From assembly GCA_963664325.2 (NCBI GenBank), contig CAXXDQ010000007.1:256001-320000 (forward strand): 64,000 nt of DNA. The letters are read 5' to 3'. Numbering within the stretch: the stretch's first letter is position 1; the number at the start of each line of letters is the position of its first letter. The notes below the pieces were generated by a model, which saw only the letters and a program-made list of their open reading frames with translations, had not been told where the DNA came from and did no database searches. The position numbers and the translations under genes are program-made. Positions 9,832 through 19,624 of this stretch are shown piece by piece. The stretch comes from Desulfomonilia bacterium. GTDB lineage: Bacteria; Desulfobacterota; Desulfomonilia; UBA1062.

Positions 9832-10635
9832 CTATTTTTCTGCAAACGCCTTGAAAAAAGTATAGCAGAAGACGCCGTCGTTTTCCGAAGTCCTGTAGAG
9901 ATCAGCTATGCCTCGGTCGAAATCAGCCCCATTTGCAAGCCCTTCTGAGAGGGCCTTTTCACGCACACCCTCTATCATCGCCGTAAACGTCTTTTTCGTG
10001 AAGCCTTCTACGAGACCGGGACTGGACGAATCGACATAGACCATGCGGGGAGAGACACATACATCATTGAAGCCCGCCTTTACGAGCAGAGGGTACAGTT
10101 CGCGCCCTATCATGGCATTACCTCCCGCCCTTTTTTGCAGCTCCACCTGGCACGCAATCGCCTTGTGAGCATTAACACTGTCCGGATAAAAATATGCCGA
10201 GCCGTGGTCTCCCTCTATGACCGTTATCGTACCTCCCGGTTTTATGAGACATTTCAGTATCATAAGGACCTCGACCGGATTCTTGAGGTGCTCAAGCACG
10301 AAGCAGACGAAGACATTGTCGAATGACTCAGCCGTGAACGGCAGTTTGAATATGTCCGCCTGCATGAATTTTACATTCTTATACCCGAGGGTGCTGCACC
10401 TGATTCTCGCTTCATCAATTGATTCCTGAGATATGTCGATCGAAGTGAATAATGCCTCTGGACTCTTCGCCGCAAGGGTCACGGTCTGCGCCCCTACCCC
10501 GCAGCCGGCTTCGAGAACCGTACTTCCGGCAGGGTAGAATGTATCTGAATGCAGCAGTTCCACAAGGGTATTCGCCTGGTCTGAAAGCCTTTCGTTTTCT
10601 TTCCCGTCGTATCCATGCACATATTCGCTGCTCAT
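9832..10635 (-). CDS. Class I SAM-dependent methyltransferase
   Basis: YVHGY start, VLEAGCGVG motif I, FDNVFVCFVLEHL, IKPGG. Confidence 0.9.
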   Translation of the reverse strand: MSSEYVHGYDGKENERLSDQANTLVELLHSDTFYPAGSTVLEAGCGVGAQTVTLAAKSPEALFTSIDISQESIDEARIRCSTLGYKNVKFMQADIFKLPFTAESFDNVFVCFVLEHLKNPVEVLMILKCLIKPGGTITVIEGDHGSAYFYPDSVNAHKAIACQVELQKRAGGNAMIGRELYPLLVKAGFNDVCVSPRMVYVDSSSPGLVEGFTKKTFTAMIEGVREKALSEGLANGADFDRGIADLYRTSENDGVFCYTFFKAFAEK

Positions 10636-10727
10636 CAATAATTCTCCTCTGGGGAATCGTCTACCGGCGATGGACTGGAAATGTCAATCATAATGGTTTA
10701 ATAGGCAATATGTCCGGAGGAATTATT

Positions 10728-12146
10728 ATGGAGCAGCTCGACAGATCGGTCCGCAAGGCGGAGATGATAAAGGAAAGGATCATTCAGATCGGCACCGGCG
10801 TATTCCTGCGTGGTTTCGCAGACTGGATGATAGACAGAATGAACCGCGACATTGCATTTGCCTCTGGCGTCGTGGTCTGCCAGTCCACATCAGGAACTGC
10901 TGCCGAGACATTCAACAAACAGGAAGGCCTCTTTACCGTAAGGCTGACCGGCATAAATGATGGCGCACTTCGGATTACCCATGACCTTGTGAGCTGCGTG
11001 ACCAGGGCCGTTTCGATCCCTGAAGATTTCGAGTCGTTTCTATCTCTTGCTGAAAATCCGGATATGCGCTTAATCATATCCAATACGACCGAGGCGGGCA
11101 TAGTATTCGACGAAACCGACAGGTTCGATTCGCCCCGGACGTTTCCTGCAAGGCTAGCGAGGCTCCTGCACAGGAGGTTCTGCACCCATCCCGGAAAAGG
11201 TTTTATTCTGATTCCTTGCGAACTTATCGAAAATAACGGTCCGGAATTAAAGAAGGCCGTAATCGGATATGCCGAATCATGGGATATTAAATCCGGGTTC
11301 AGGAAATGGATTGATGACAACTGCATATTCTGCAACACGCTTGTGGACAGGATAATCGCAGGCTTCCCCAGAGAGAAGGCCGAAGGCATATTTGCAGAGC
11401 TGGGGTACAAGGATGATCTGCTCGTCGAGGGAGAAGCCTTCCATCTCTGGGTCATCGAGGCCCCCGAAATCGTCAGCCGGGAGTTTCCGGCGGACAGAGC
11501 CGGACTCAACGTCATATTCACTGACGACATCAGGCCATATCGCGAGCGCAAGGTAAGAATTTTAAACGGCGCACACACCGCCATGATGCCGGTCGCATAT
11601 CTTTCGGGCATTGATACCGTGAAAGAGGCGCTTGATAATCCTCAAATAAACCGTTTTATAAGAGAGGCTGTTTTCAACGAGATAGTTCCTGCCGTAAAAG
11701 CCCCTGGAGCTAAAGAGTTTGCCGAATATGTCATGAACAGGTTCATGAACCCGTACATTGTGCACAGGTTTGCCAGCATTATGCTCAACTCGTTTCCGAA
11801 ATGGCGGGCACGGCTTCTTCCAACGCTTATTGATTACAGGCTGCTGACAGGATCTCTTCCGGAAAGAATAATGTTTTCGTTTGCGGCACTGCTTGTATTC
11901 TACAGGGGCAAACGCGGAGATGCGCAGATACCGCTCAATGACAGTCCCGCTGTGATCGAAATGATGAAAGGCCTATGGCAGGGCTCGTTTACGCCTGATG
12001 AAATAGCAAGGAGAGTACTCTCGAAAACCGATCTCTGGGGTATGGATCTGAATACGATAGCAGGTTTTACGGAAAATGTTTCATATCACATGGAATCCAT
12101 ACTTGACAGAGGCATTAAAAAAGCCCTGGAAGATTTCCTCATATAA
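10728..12146 (+). CDS. uxaB: Tagaturonate reductase (altronate oxidoreductase)
   Basis: IQIGTGVFLRGF, SNTTEAGI, PCELI, NTLVDRI, KVRILNGAHT; GGAGG before ATG 10728. Confidence 0.88.
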   Translation: MEQLDRSVRKAEMIKERIIQIGTGVFLRGFADWMIDRMNRDIAFASGVVVCQSTSGTAAETFNKQEGLFTVRLTGINDGALRITHDLVSCVTRAVSIPEDFESFLSLAENPDMRLIISNTTEAGIVFDETDRFDSPRTFPARLARLLHRRFCTHPGKGFILIPCELIENNGPELKKAVIGYAESWDIKSGFRKWIDDNCIFCNTLVDRIIAGFPREKAEGIFAELGYKDDLLVEGEAFHLWVIEAPEIVSREFPADRAGLNVIFTDDIRPYRERKVRILNGAHTAMMPVAYLSGIDTVKEALDNPQINRFIREAVFNEIVPAVKAPGAKEFAEYVMNRFMNPYIVHRFASIMLNSFPKWRARLLPTLIDYRLLTGSLPERIMFSFAALLVFYRGKRGDAQIPLNDSPAVIEMMKGLWQGSFTPDEIARRVLSKTDLWGMDLNTIAGFTENVSYHMESILDRGIKKALEDFLI

Positions 12147-12210
12147 TTTGATTAAGTAATCCCGGTTTCTGCCGAAAAATTTATTAATAAACGGCACTTC
12201 GAGGGATTAT

Positions 12211-12885
12211 ATGAAGACAAGACTTTTTTATACCATGCTTTGGATAATGACATTCCTTCTTCTGCAATGTCCTCCCATTTATGCCATAAGCGGCCAGTGG
12301 TCAAAAACCGGCGAAACGAAAGGGATCATAAGCTACAGCAGACAGTCGGCAAGCGGCGTATACGAAATATATTCAGCCGGCATGGTGAATGCTCCGATCG
12401 CTTCGATCGAAGCTCTCCTCAGGGATGTCTCGGCCCGTCCTCAATATATCTATGGATGCGCCGAAACAACATATGCCGATATTCCCGGCCTTAAGAATAC
12501 CACGGATGTCCATTATGTCTATAACAAAACCAGAATGCCCGCTTTTCTGAGCGACAGGGATTGCGTGGTTAAGAGCGTCTGGACGATCGACAAGTCGTCA
12601 GGTACCATCTACTGCCGGTCGGAAAGCATAGACAGCGATTACAGATTCCAGGCGAATGTCGTCAGGATGGATAATGTTGTGACCCAATATACTCTCATTC
12701 CGAGGGGCAATGATCTGACACTTGTCATATGCCAGGCAATGGCTGATCCGGGAGGCAGCATTCCGGACTTTGTCGTCAACATGTTCACCAAATCGCTCGG
12801 AGCGAACATGATTGAAGGTATTCAGAAAATGGCGAACAGGCCGAAATATCAGAATGCCAAAATCGTCACGGCGACCCCGGCCTGA
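12211..12885 (+). CDS. Secreted START/SRPBCC-domain lipid-binding protein
   Basis: Signal peptide; MPAFLSDRDCV and ADPGGSIPDFVVN START-like motifs. Confidence 0.8.
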   Translation: MKTRLFYTMLWIMTFLLLQCPPIYAISGQWSKTGETKGIISYSRQSASGVYEIYSAGMVNAPIASIEALLRDVSARPQYIYGCAETTYADIPGLKNTTDVHYVYNKTRMPAFLSDRDCVVKSVWTIDKSSGTIYCRSESIDSDYRFQANVVRMDNVVTQYTLIPRGNDLTLVICQAMADPGGSIPDFVVNMFTKSLGANMIEGIQKMANRPKYQNAKIVTATPA

Positions 12886-12915
12886 TTACAGGTTGATGAG
12901 TGGAAAATGAAATCG

Positions 12916-13770
12916 TTACCCGAGCTTTTCCGAATAATCTTCATGCTGCCTGTATAAATGAGGCCTGTAACCGTCAGGCGCATTGTCTGCCGGGTCTCTG
13001 GGCAGGATCGGCTCACGGAGTTTCTTCATTGAAATGGCCTTTTCCGGGCATTCGTAAACACAGAGTCCGCAGCCGAAGCAGTTTTCGGCAGTGAGGCTTT
13101 TACCGTCTGCGAGTTTCCTCGCATCGAACGGGCATATCTCGATGCACTTCGAACAGGCCTTGCATTTGCTCCTGTCTGTTTGTGCGGAAAAGAACCCGTC
13201 AATAAGCGGGTAATCAAGCTGTCCGAGTTCCCGGTTGATTATGTATGGAACGCACCCGCATGTGCAGCAGTTGCATATGGCGTATTCGTTGTAGAGATTG
13301 ACCGGGCAGTGAATAAAGACCATGTGGAACATCTTTCTTTCATGGCAGGACTTGATTATCGCCCTGGCCTCTTCTTTTGATATCCGACGGTAATCCTTGG
13401 GGAACGCCTTCATCCATGCATGATAACCAGTCCTGAAAACGATGTCTGTTTCCATGGGATGGCTGCATGCCTTATGGCCTATGCGGCACCGGCAAGGGCC
13501 GACCGCAATAGGGCCTTCCTGCTCATCGATGAGCTTAATCAGCTCATCATACGGGATCGGGCGGGCCGAATCGCCGAGGTAACCGAACGGCCTTGCAAGC
13601 GCTACCCCTGCAGCCTTTTTAAACCAGCCGATCTGTCCGACCCTTTTCCACTTGCCGCGCAGCAGCTGATAGCACAGAAGCAGCAGCGGTATCTCGATAT
13701 ACCGTGCGAAGATGAAGAGCAGAAAGCGCCTAAGAGGATTATCTTCGTTTGAGAAAGGTTTGAATTCCAC
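12916..13770 (-). CDS. 4Fe-4S dicluster-binding protein
   Basis: CRCR, ICNCCTCGC, CKACSKCIEICP, CFGCGLCVYECP. Confidence 0.85.
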   Translation of the reverse strand: MEFKPFSNEDNPLRRFLLFIFARYIEIPLLLLCYQLLRGKWKRVGQIGWFKKAAGVALARPFGYLGDSARPIPYDELIKLIDEQEGPIAVGPCRCRIGHKACSHPMETDIVFRTGYHAWMKAFPKDYRRISKEEARAIIKSCHERKMFHMVFIHCPVNLYNEYAICNCCTCGCVPYIINRELGQLDYPLIDGFFSAQTDRSKCKACSKCIEICPFDARKLADGKSLTAENCFGCGLCVYECPEKAISMKKLREPILPRDPADNAPDGYRPHLYRQHEDYSEKLG

Positions 13771-13773
13771 GAT

Positions 13774-14667
13774 CTAAGCCTCTTTACCGTAGGACGGGGC
13801 CATCGTATGCCCCTTGGCCTTTGCCGCTTCAAGGAGGCGTTTCCTGATTTTATCAAGCCTGCCCAGTCTCGGGTCACCCGGCAACTTTCCAGGATAGTCA
13901 AGATGGGGTTCAATCTTGAGAAACATCTCATACGGGTAACCCGAGGTCATGTCATCCGGTTCGTTCTTGCCCCAGGCCACTCCGCCTGTGCAGAAATAGC
14001 TGATATTGGCCTTTTTCGTCTGCCTCGGGATGACGAAACTGTTCCGGCACATGCTCATGTTAGCCATGTAGCGCGTGATGAACTTATCGAAGATTTTTGT
14101 CACATAATCGCTCTTGAATATAAAAGTTGTGAACCTGTGCCAGAGCGTGAACCTGTTCAGCAGCGACAGTGTCCGGTTGATATACTTTATCGAAATCGCG
14201 GACAGGCCTGTGGGCGGCATCATCCTGAACGTATTCAGGGATGTCTGGTCCTGTTTGAACTTTTCAGGGTCAATGAAGCTGTCCCAGCCGAGCAGGTCTA
14301 TGATCCTTCTGTAGTTGTCGGGATTAGTCCTGATAATCACGCCGTCCGGCGTTACACCTTTTTTGAAAAGGTGCAGAGGTGCCACGTATATGCCCTGTAT
14401 CGCCAACGGGTCGAGGTGCGGCTCTATCGTTCTTTCAAAATCGTTCCCTGGATGTTTGAACCCGAGTACCACAGGCGACCATTTGCATATTTTTATAGAG
14501 TTTGCATTTATAATTAGCTCCATCCCGAAAGTCGCACCGAATATTCCCTGGCAGTATGAGACCCCGGAAAAATGGATCGTGTCCTTGAGCTCATCAAGCA
14601 GCTTTTCATCAAGCAGCTTAATGCCTATTGGCGGCAATTCGAGTTTCATCAACCGGTCTTCCTTCAT
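13774..14667 (-). CDS. DUF169-family protein
   Basis: PIGIKL, YCQ, C...VLGF, VAPL, PDGVII, C-terminal ISYFCTGG pattern. Confidence 0.7.
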   Translation of the reverse strand: MKEDRLMKLELPPIGIKLLDEKLLDELKDTIHFSGVSYCQGIFGATFGMELIINANSIKICKWSPVVLGFKHPGNDFERTIEPHLDPLAIQGIYVAPLHLFKKGVTPDGVIIRTNPDNYRRIIDLLGWDSFIDPEKFKQDQTSLNTFRMMPPTGLSAISIKYINRTLSLLNRFTLWHRFTTFIFKSDYVTKIFDKFITRYMANMSMCRNSFVIPRQTKKANISYFCTGGVAWGKNEPDDMTSGYPYEMFLKIEPHLDYPGKLPGDPRLGRLDKIRKRLLEAAKAKGHTMAPSYGKEA

Positions 14668-14673
14668 ATTCCC

Positions 14674-15864
14674 TCACATCTTGAAACGTCTGGGATCAAG
14701 GTATTTCGGCAACGCATTAATGCCGATTCCGATAGCCATCTGCACGGCTTTTTTCGTATTCGTCCTTTCAACCTTTTCACCGAGTGCCTCTCTCGCATAT
14801 TCTATAACATGCCTGAGACGTTTGCCGAAAGGATTTACCAGCCTGAATATGCCCAGGGTCAGAAGACAGCCGGTGCAGTATAAGGCGGCTTCATCCGCAT
14901 CCGATTTGTCCAGGGCGATAAGGCCTTTCAGCCCGCACTTCGAGAGGTCTATAAGGCTGAAACTGTTGCAGCCTGCAGCCACGCCGCAGCAAAGACCGTG
15001 TTCATGGTGTTGTTCCGTCTCTATCACCTCAAGCCCGAGCATTTTTAAAAGATTGCGCTGGCTTTCCATGAAATCTTTCCCGAGCACCCTTGCATGACAG
15101 GAGTCATGCATCACGACGTTGCCTGATAATTTCTTTTTAATATCGAATGTACCGTCCTCGATTCTTTTTATGAACCAGTCCGTGAAATATGTCTTTTTAA
15201 AGTCAAACCTCGCACCGAACTGCCGGGGCAGTACATCTGAAAACATGTTATACCCGGCAGGACACACGAATACAAGTTCTTCGATCCCCTTGTCTTTATA
15301 AAATTCTGTCAGGTGCCTTGCTGTCTTTCTTACCGGTTCAAGGGCGCCCATCCTGAAAAACATCTCGCCGCAGCACAGGTCCCACCTGCCCCATACCGGG
15401 AGTTTTTCAAATATGGCACCTTCGGCAAGCAGCGGCATTGCAAGAAGGTTGCAGCCCGGATAAAGGCAGGTCTTTGAAGGAGGCGCAGCTGAGCCCCATT
15501 GCTCATGGAGGGCTTTTTCCCTGTTCGTATATTTCAGGCTCTGCCTGAAATTGGGAAGCCTTCCCGGCATGAGATAGCTGGCGCGCGCCGGCAGCCCTTC
15601 CCTCTCATACCTGCTATTCCATATGTAATGTATTCTTTCATAAGGGTGCGCACCATTCGGGCAGAAGGCATTGCAGGCATAGCAGCTCATGCATTCCTTT
15701 GCCGCAATTGATTTTTCATGAAGTCCAAGGTTTATCTTCCGGATGTCCTCAATTGCATCCTGTCTTGAAAATTTTATATAACGGCAGTTTACCAGGCATT
15801 CTCCGCATTCGGTGCATTTGTGCCAGCCTAGAACCTCCCTGAATTCTTCGATTGCATATGACAT
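14674..15864 (-). CDS. Fe-S oxidoreductase with two CCG domains (HdrD/GlpC-like)
   Basis: CTECGECLVNC, CMSCYACNAFCP, YPGC, CCG, HDSCH, CCG, CTGC. Confidence 0.88.
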   Translation of the reverse strand: MSYAIEEFREVLGWHKCTECGECLVNCRYIKFSRQDAIEDIRKINLGLHEKSIAAKECMSCYACNAFCPNGAHPYERIHYIWNSRYEREGLPARASYLMPGRLPNFRQSLKYTNREKALHEQWGSAAPPSKTCLYPGCNLLAMPLLAEGAIFEKLPVWGRWDLCCGEMFFRMGALEPVRKTARHLTEFYKDKGIEELVFVCPAGYNMFSDVLPRQFGARFDFKKTYFTDWFIKRIEDGTFDIKKKLSGNVVMHDSCHARVLGKDFMESQRNLLKMLGLEVIETEQHHEHGLCCGVAAGCNSFSLIDLSKCGLKGLIALDKSDADEAALYCTGCLLTLGIFRLVNPFGKRLRHVIEYAREALGEKVERTNTKKAVQMAIGIGINALPKYLDPRRFKM

Positions 15865-15888
15865 TGAACCTCCGCAGCATGCCGGAAA

Positions 15889-16332
15889 TCATCCGGCCTG
15901 ATCTTCATCTTTACCAATTGCAGGATAAATCAATATACCCAGCGACACCAGGAGAAGACTGACATCCCTCAGCATGTACCACCAGGTAATCCTTGCCGCA
16001 TTGGGATCTGTGGTAAAACATCCGCAGGAGATGTCAAGCCCGCGCATGAGGCTTGCGCAAAGCGCTGCTGCAAATATAAGAAGCATGCCTGAAATTGCGA
16101 GAGATCCCCCCCCGATGAATATGCCGCTTACTACGCAGAACCCGGCAACTATCTCGATTGGCGGCATGGACAGGGCGGCCAGATTTACCAGGAAGCCGTT
16201 TGGCAGAATCCTGTATGCGTCAATCGCCTTTGCAAACGCTGCCGGATCCGACCAGTGAGTTATACCGGTATATATGAACATTCCCCCGATTACGAGCCTT
16301 GCCAGGAAATAAATTATTCTTTTCAGGCTCAT
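15889..16332 (-). CDS. MauE/DoxX-family redox-associated membrane protein
   Basis: FAKAIDAYRILP, RGLDISCGCF; ATG overlaps the upstream stop. Confidence 0.88.
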   Translation of the reverse strand: MSLKRIIYFLARLVIGGMFIYTGITHWSDPAAFAKAIDAYRILPNGFLVNLAALSMPPIEIVAGFCVVSGIFIGGGSLAISGMLLIFAAALCASLMRGLDISCGCFTTDPNAARITWWYMLRDVSLLLVSLGILIYPAIGKDEDQAG

Positions 16333-16835
16333 CTGCCGGACTCTACTGGGTACCCAGACTGGCTCCATGCTTCCCAGCCTTCTGGCATCACCTCAATGTT
16401 TGTAAACCCGGCTGCTTGAATTGCTTTGGCTAGTTCATCAGCCAGCGGACAGTCCCTGCCCTGGCAGTAGACAATAATAAGCTTTGATCTGGCTTTCGGG
16501 TTTTTGGACTCCATGTTGAATCTTTTGCCGGGAGGTATATTATGAGCATGAGGGATATGACCGGCATCAAAATCATATTCGCTCCTTGCATCAATAAATA
16601 TGGCGGAATCCGACCGGAAAGCCTTGAATCCATCCCAAATGCTGATCTTCGCGATGGCATTTGCCTGCTGTCCTGTCTGCTGGGAAGATTGCGCTGGCTG
16701 CTTGACACTGTTTTTCGCAAGCTCCAGCCTGTCCGCCCGGAGGCTGTTTGCAGCTAGTCCTATTATAATGCCTGCCGCAACTATTATCAGAGCCTGCAGG
16801 ATGCCTTTAAGAATCAATTGTTTCAATTTTTCCAT
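16329..16835 (-). CDS. Membrane-anchored rhodanese-like protein
   Basis: N-terminal TM helix; IDARSEYDFDAGHIPHA, YCQGRDC, GWEAW. Confidence 0.88.
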   Translation of the reverse strand: MEKLKQLILKGILQALIIVAAGIIIGLAANSLRADRLELAKNSVKQPAQSSQQTGQQANAIAKISIWDGFKAFRSDSAIFIDARSEYDFDAGHIPHAHNIPPGKRFNMESKNPKARSKLIIVYCQGRDCPLADELAKAIQAAGFTNIEVMPEGWEAWSQSGYPVESGR

Positions 16836-16868
16836 CTTTGACCTCGTTATGGTTGTTATATTAATAAG

Positions 16869-17633
16869 CTAAAGTCTTGATGCAATAACCGCAGCACCAA
16901 TGGCCCCGTTCACCTGTGCCTCCGCAAATATCTTGAGAGGTCCGAGTTTGTCTTCAAGCGCCTTCACTATACCTACGTTTTTTGCAACGCCGCCCGTCAT
17001 CATGATCGGCTGCTTCACTCCCACCCTGTTCGCAAGTGCAGCGACACGGGAGGCAACCGATTCATGTATGCCTGCTATTATGTTTTCGCGCGTTTCCCCC
17101 TTGGCGATAAGGGATATCACCTCGCTCTCGGCAAAGACTGTGCACAGGCTGCTTATGCGGGAGGGATTGTCGGCTTTGAGCGATGTTTCGCCGAAGAGAT
17201 CCAGGTCGACTTCGAGCGCCCTGGCCATCACTTCCAGAAATCTGCCGGTCCCGGCTGCGCATTTATCATTCATTGCGAAATCCTTTACCTTTCCCTGGGC
17301 GTCGAGGACGATCGCCTTGCTGTCCTGTCCTCCTATGTCAACCACTGAACGGACTTCAGGATTCAGAAAGAATGCCCCTGTTGCATGGCAGATTATCTCG
17401 GTGACCGCCTTGTCGGCAAAGTCAACGGAATTTCTTCCGTAACCAGTTGCGACCACTTTGCCCAAGGAGTCAGGTTTTATACCAGTTTCACTGAGAATAT
17501 CATCATATATCCTTTTACCGGCCAGCGTGGAGTTGTAGCCTGTAAAAGACACCCTTGTGCCGATAATTTCCCCGTCCTTGAGAATGGCAGCCTTGGCCGT
17601 TATCGAGCCTATGTCAATCCCTAGCGTAGTCAT
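16869..17633 (-). CDS. 2-hydroxyacyl-CoA dehydratase activase (HgdC/BadF-like ATPase)
   Basis: GIDIGS, ATGYGR, DIGGQDSK, MNDKCAAGTGRFLE, CTVFAESE. Confidence 0.93.
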   Translation of the reverse strand: MTTLGIDIGSITAKAAILKDGEIIGTRVSFTGYNSTLAGKRIYDDILSETGIKPDSLGKVVATGYGRNSVDFADKAVTEIICHATGAFFLNPEVRSVVDIGGQDSKAIVLDAQGKVKDFAMNDKCAAGTGRFLEVMARALEVDLDLFGETSLKADNPSRISSLCTVFAESEVISLIAKGETRENIIAGIHESVASRVAALANRVGVKQPIMMTGGVAKNVGIVKALEDKLGPLKIFAEAQVNGAIGAAVIASRL

Positions 17634-17635
17634 GG

Positions 17636-18394
17636 TTAAACCGCTGTGGTTCCGCCATCGACGACAAGAGTCTGGCCGGTAATGAAGCTTGCACCTTCAG
17701 ATGCAAGGAAGAGCGCCGGATAAACTACTTCCAGGGGATCGGCTATCCTGCCCATGGGGATCGTCTTTACGACCTGATCGAGGATCGGCTGGCTTGACCA
17801 GAAAGGCTTTGAGAAATCCGTCCTGACCATTGCAGGAGCAACGGCATTGACCCTTATTCCGAACTGGGCCAGCTCGCTCGCCAGGACCTTTGTCATCATT
17901 TCAACAGCCGCCTTTGCAATGCCGTAGATTCCCATACCAGGGGAAGCTTTCCTTCCGGCAACAGAGGAGATGGTCACGATTGAGCCTTTGTTCTGCGCTT
18001 TCATGATCCTCGCCGCTCTTCGGGAAACCAGGAAGGTTCCGCTCAGGTTCGAATCGATTATCTTCTGCCACATGGCCAGTTCGGTGTCTGCAACGGATGC
18101 GGTCAGGAGATTCATGCCGACATTGTTTATGAGTATGTCAAGGCGACCCGCCCATGCGATTATCTCATCGAACATCCTTTCTACATCTGCTTCCTGGCCG
18201 ATATGCGCCTGAACGGTCAAAAGCCTTTCACCGGCGTTCAAAAGACCTGCTGCCGCATCGAGGCCGTCCTTTTTACGCCCGCAGATAACAACCTTTGCTC
18301 CCTGGGCCAGAAGCGTCTTTGCCATTTCAAGACCTATGCCGCGGCTCCCTCCCGTGACAAGAACGACACTGCCTTCAAGACCGTAATCTATCAT
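17636..18394 (-). CDS. Short-chain dehydrogenase/reductase
   Basis: TGGSRGIG, YGIAK, GQTLVVDGG. Confidence 0.93.
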   Translation of the reverse strand: MIDYGLEGSVVLVTGGSRGIGLEMAKTLLAQGAKVVICGRKKDGLDAAAGLLNAGERLLTVQAHIGQEADVERMFDEIIAWAGRLDILINNVGMNLLTASVADTELAMWQKIIDSNLSGTFLVSRRAARIMKAQNKGSIVTISSVAGRKASPGMGIYGIAKAAVEMMTKVLASELAQFGIRVNAVAPAMVRTDFSKPFWSSQPILDQVVKTIPMGRIADPLEVVYPALFLASEGASFITGQTLVVDGGTTAV

Positions 18395-18464
18395 TTCCTG
18401 ATCTCCTATATCTTCATTCTGGGATACAGTATTAACCTATTATCACATCACGGCACAGGCCGCA

Positions 18465-19547
18465 TCAGCGAAGTGCCGATGAAAGAACAGGCCACATGAG
18501 GTCCATCCTTTTCTCAGTCGCCGCCGGTCTGAATACAAGCTGCCTTGCATTTGAATAAATCAGGTTGTGCATTTTAAGCGATTTCAACTGCGGGTTTTTC
18601 CTGACATCAGATGCGGCCCTGTCCCAGTCACCGTATTCAAGGGCAAGGGCCCCGGCAGCACCGCATGCATAGGCTATCAGGAAAGACGTCCTGATGCCGC
18701 TGCCGCCCCTTGCCTGTACATGGCCGAGTGCATCCCCAGCGGCAAAAAGGCCTTTTGCCGGCATGCATTCCGTGATCATCCCTCCCATGGGAATAAATGT
18801 CCGGAGGCTGTATTCTACAACTGAGCCTTTTATCCTTTCAGAAAACACTCTGTGATAACTGCAAAATTCTTCTAGTCCCGGCAGCCAGTTGCCCGAAATG
18901 CCGAGAATAATTATTTCAGCCTCGGCTTTACCGCGCGGGAATATACAGCCCACGGCAAGTTTCCCGGCTTCCGCATGAAAATGATATTCAAGCCTGTCTT
19001 CAGGTCCTCCATAGTTGGTTAAAAGCCATTTCGCGGCAGGCCTGTCTATTTTCGAGCGGTCAATCCCGATCAGGGTAGAAACAGGGTCATCTATGCCGCC
19101 GCAGGAAAATATAGCGTCTGCGGAGCGATCCTCACGGGACACCCTCACACCACGGGCGCTTCCCTTTTCAATTATTATCCCTTCAACTTCCGTTCCAGCA
19201 TGAATCCTTGCCCCGGATGCTTCCGCCCTTCCAGCAATCCCTTTTATCAAGTCCTGCCATTCTATGATCAGGTTGTATTCGGAGATCGTTCTATCGACAG
19301 ATCTCTTTCCGGAATGTGAATAGTAACGGCGTTTGTTTACCCGGTGTATTGTCTGTGATTCGAAGAAGCCTTTTCCCAGCAGCGCTTCCATTTCAGGGCT
19401 GAAGCGGATCGTCTCCCCCCTTCTCTGTCGCCCTGTTTCAGGCTGCTTATCGAAAACATCAACTTCGATTCCTGCACGGGCAAGCGCAAGCGCTGCTCCC
19501 AAACCGGCGGGACCCGCTCCGATGACAATTGCTTTTTTATTCTTCAT
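18465..19547 (-). CDS. FAD-dependent oxidoreductase, geranylgeranyl reductase-like
   Basis: IGAGPAG, AGDALGHVQARGGSGI. Confidence 0.8.
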   Translation of the reverse strand: MKNKKAIVIGAGPAGLGAALALARAGIEVDVFDKQPETGRQRRGETIRFSPEMEALLGKGFFESQTIHRVNKRRYYSHSGKRSVDRTISEYNLIIEWQDLIKGIAGRAEASGARIHAGTEVEGIIIEKGSARGVRVSREDRSADAIFSCGGIDDPVSTLIGIDRSKIDRPAAKWLLTNYGGPEDRLEYHFHAEAGKLAVGCIFPRGKAEAEIIILGISGNWLPGLEEFCSYHRVFSERIKGSVVEYSLRTFIPMGGMITECMPAKGLFAAGDALGHVQARGGSGIRTSFLIAYACGAAGALALEYGDWDRAASDVRKNPQLKSLKMHNLIYSNARQLVFRPAATEKRMDLMWPVLSSALR

Positions 19548-19624
19548 CGGCAAAGATTACCAATATGCAATTTGCCTTGTCAATTTGTTATATGTTAATT
19601 GTGCCTTAACTGGGAGAAACAGTT

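Noticed and set aside
9806-9832. TAACAAG after the GNAT stop, resembling an attC left end
   Set aside because: No matching right half or palindrome; runs straight into the convergent gene
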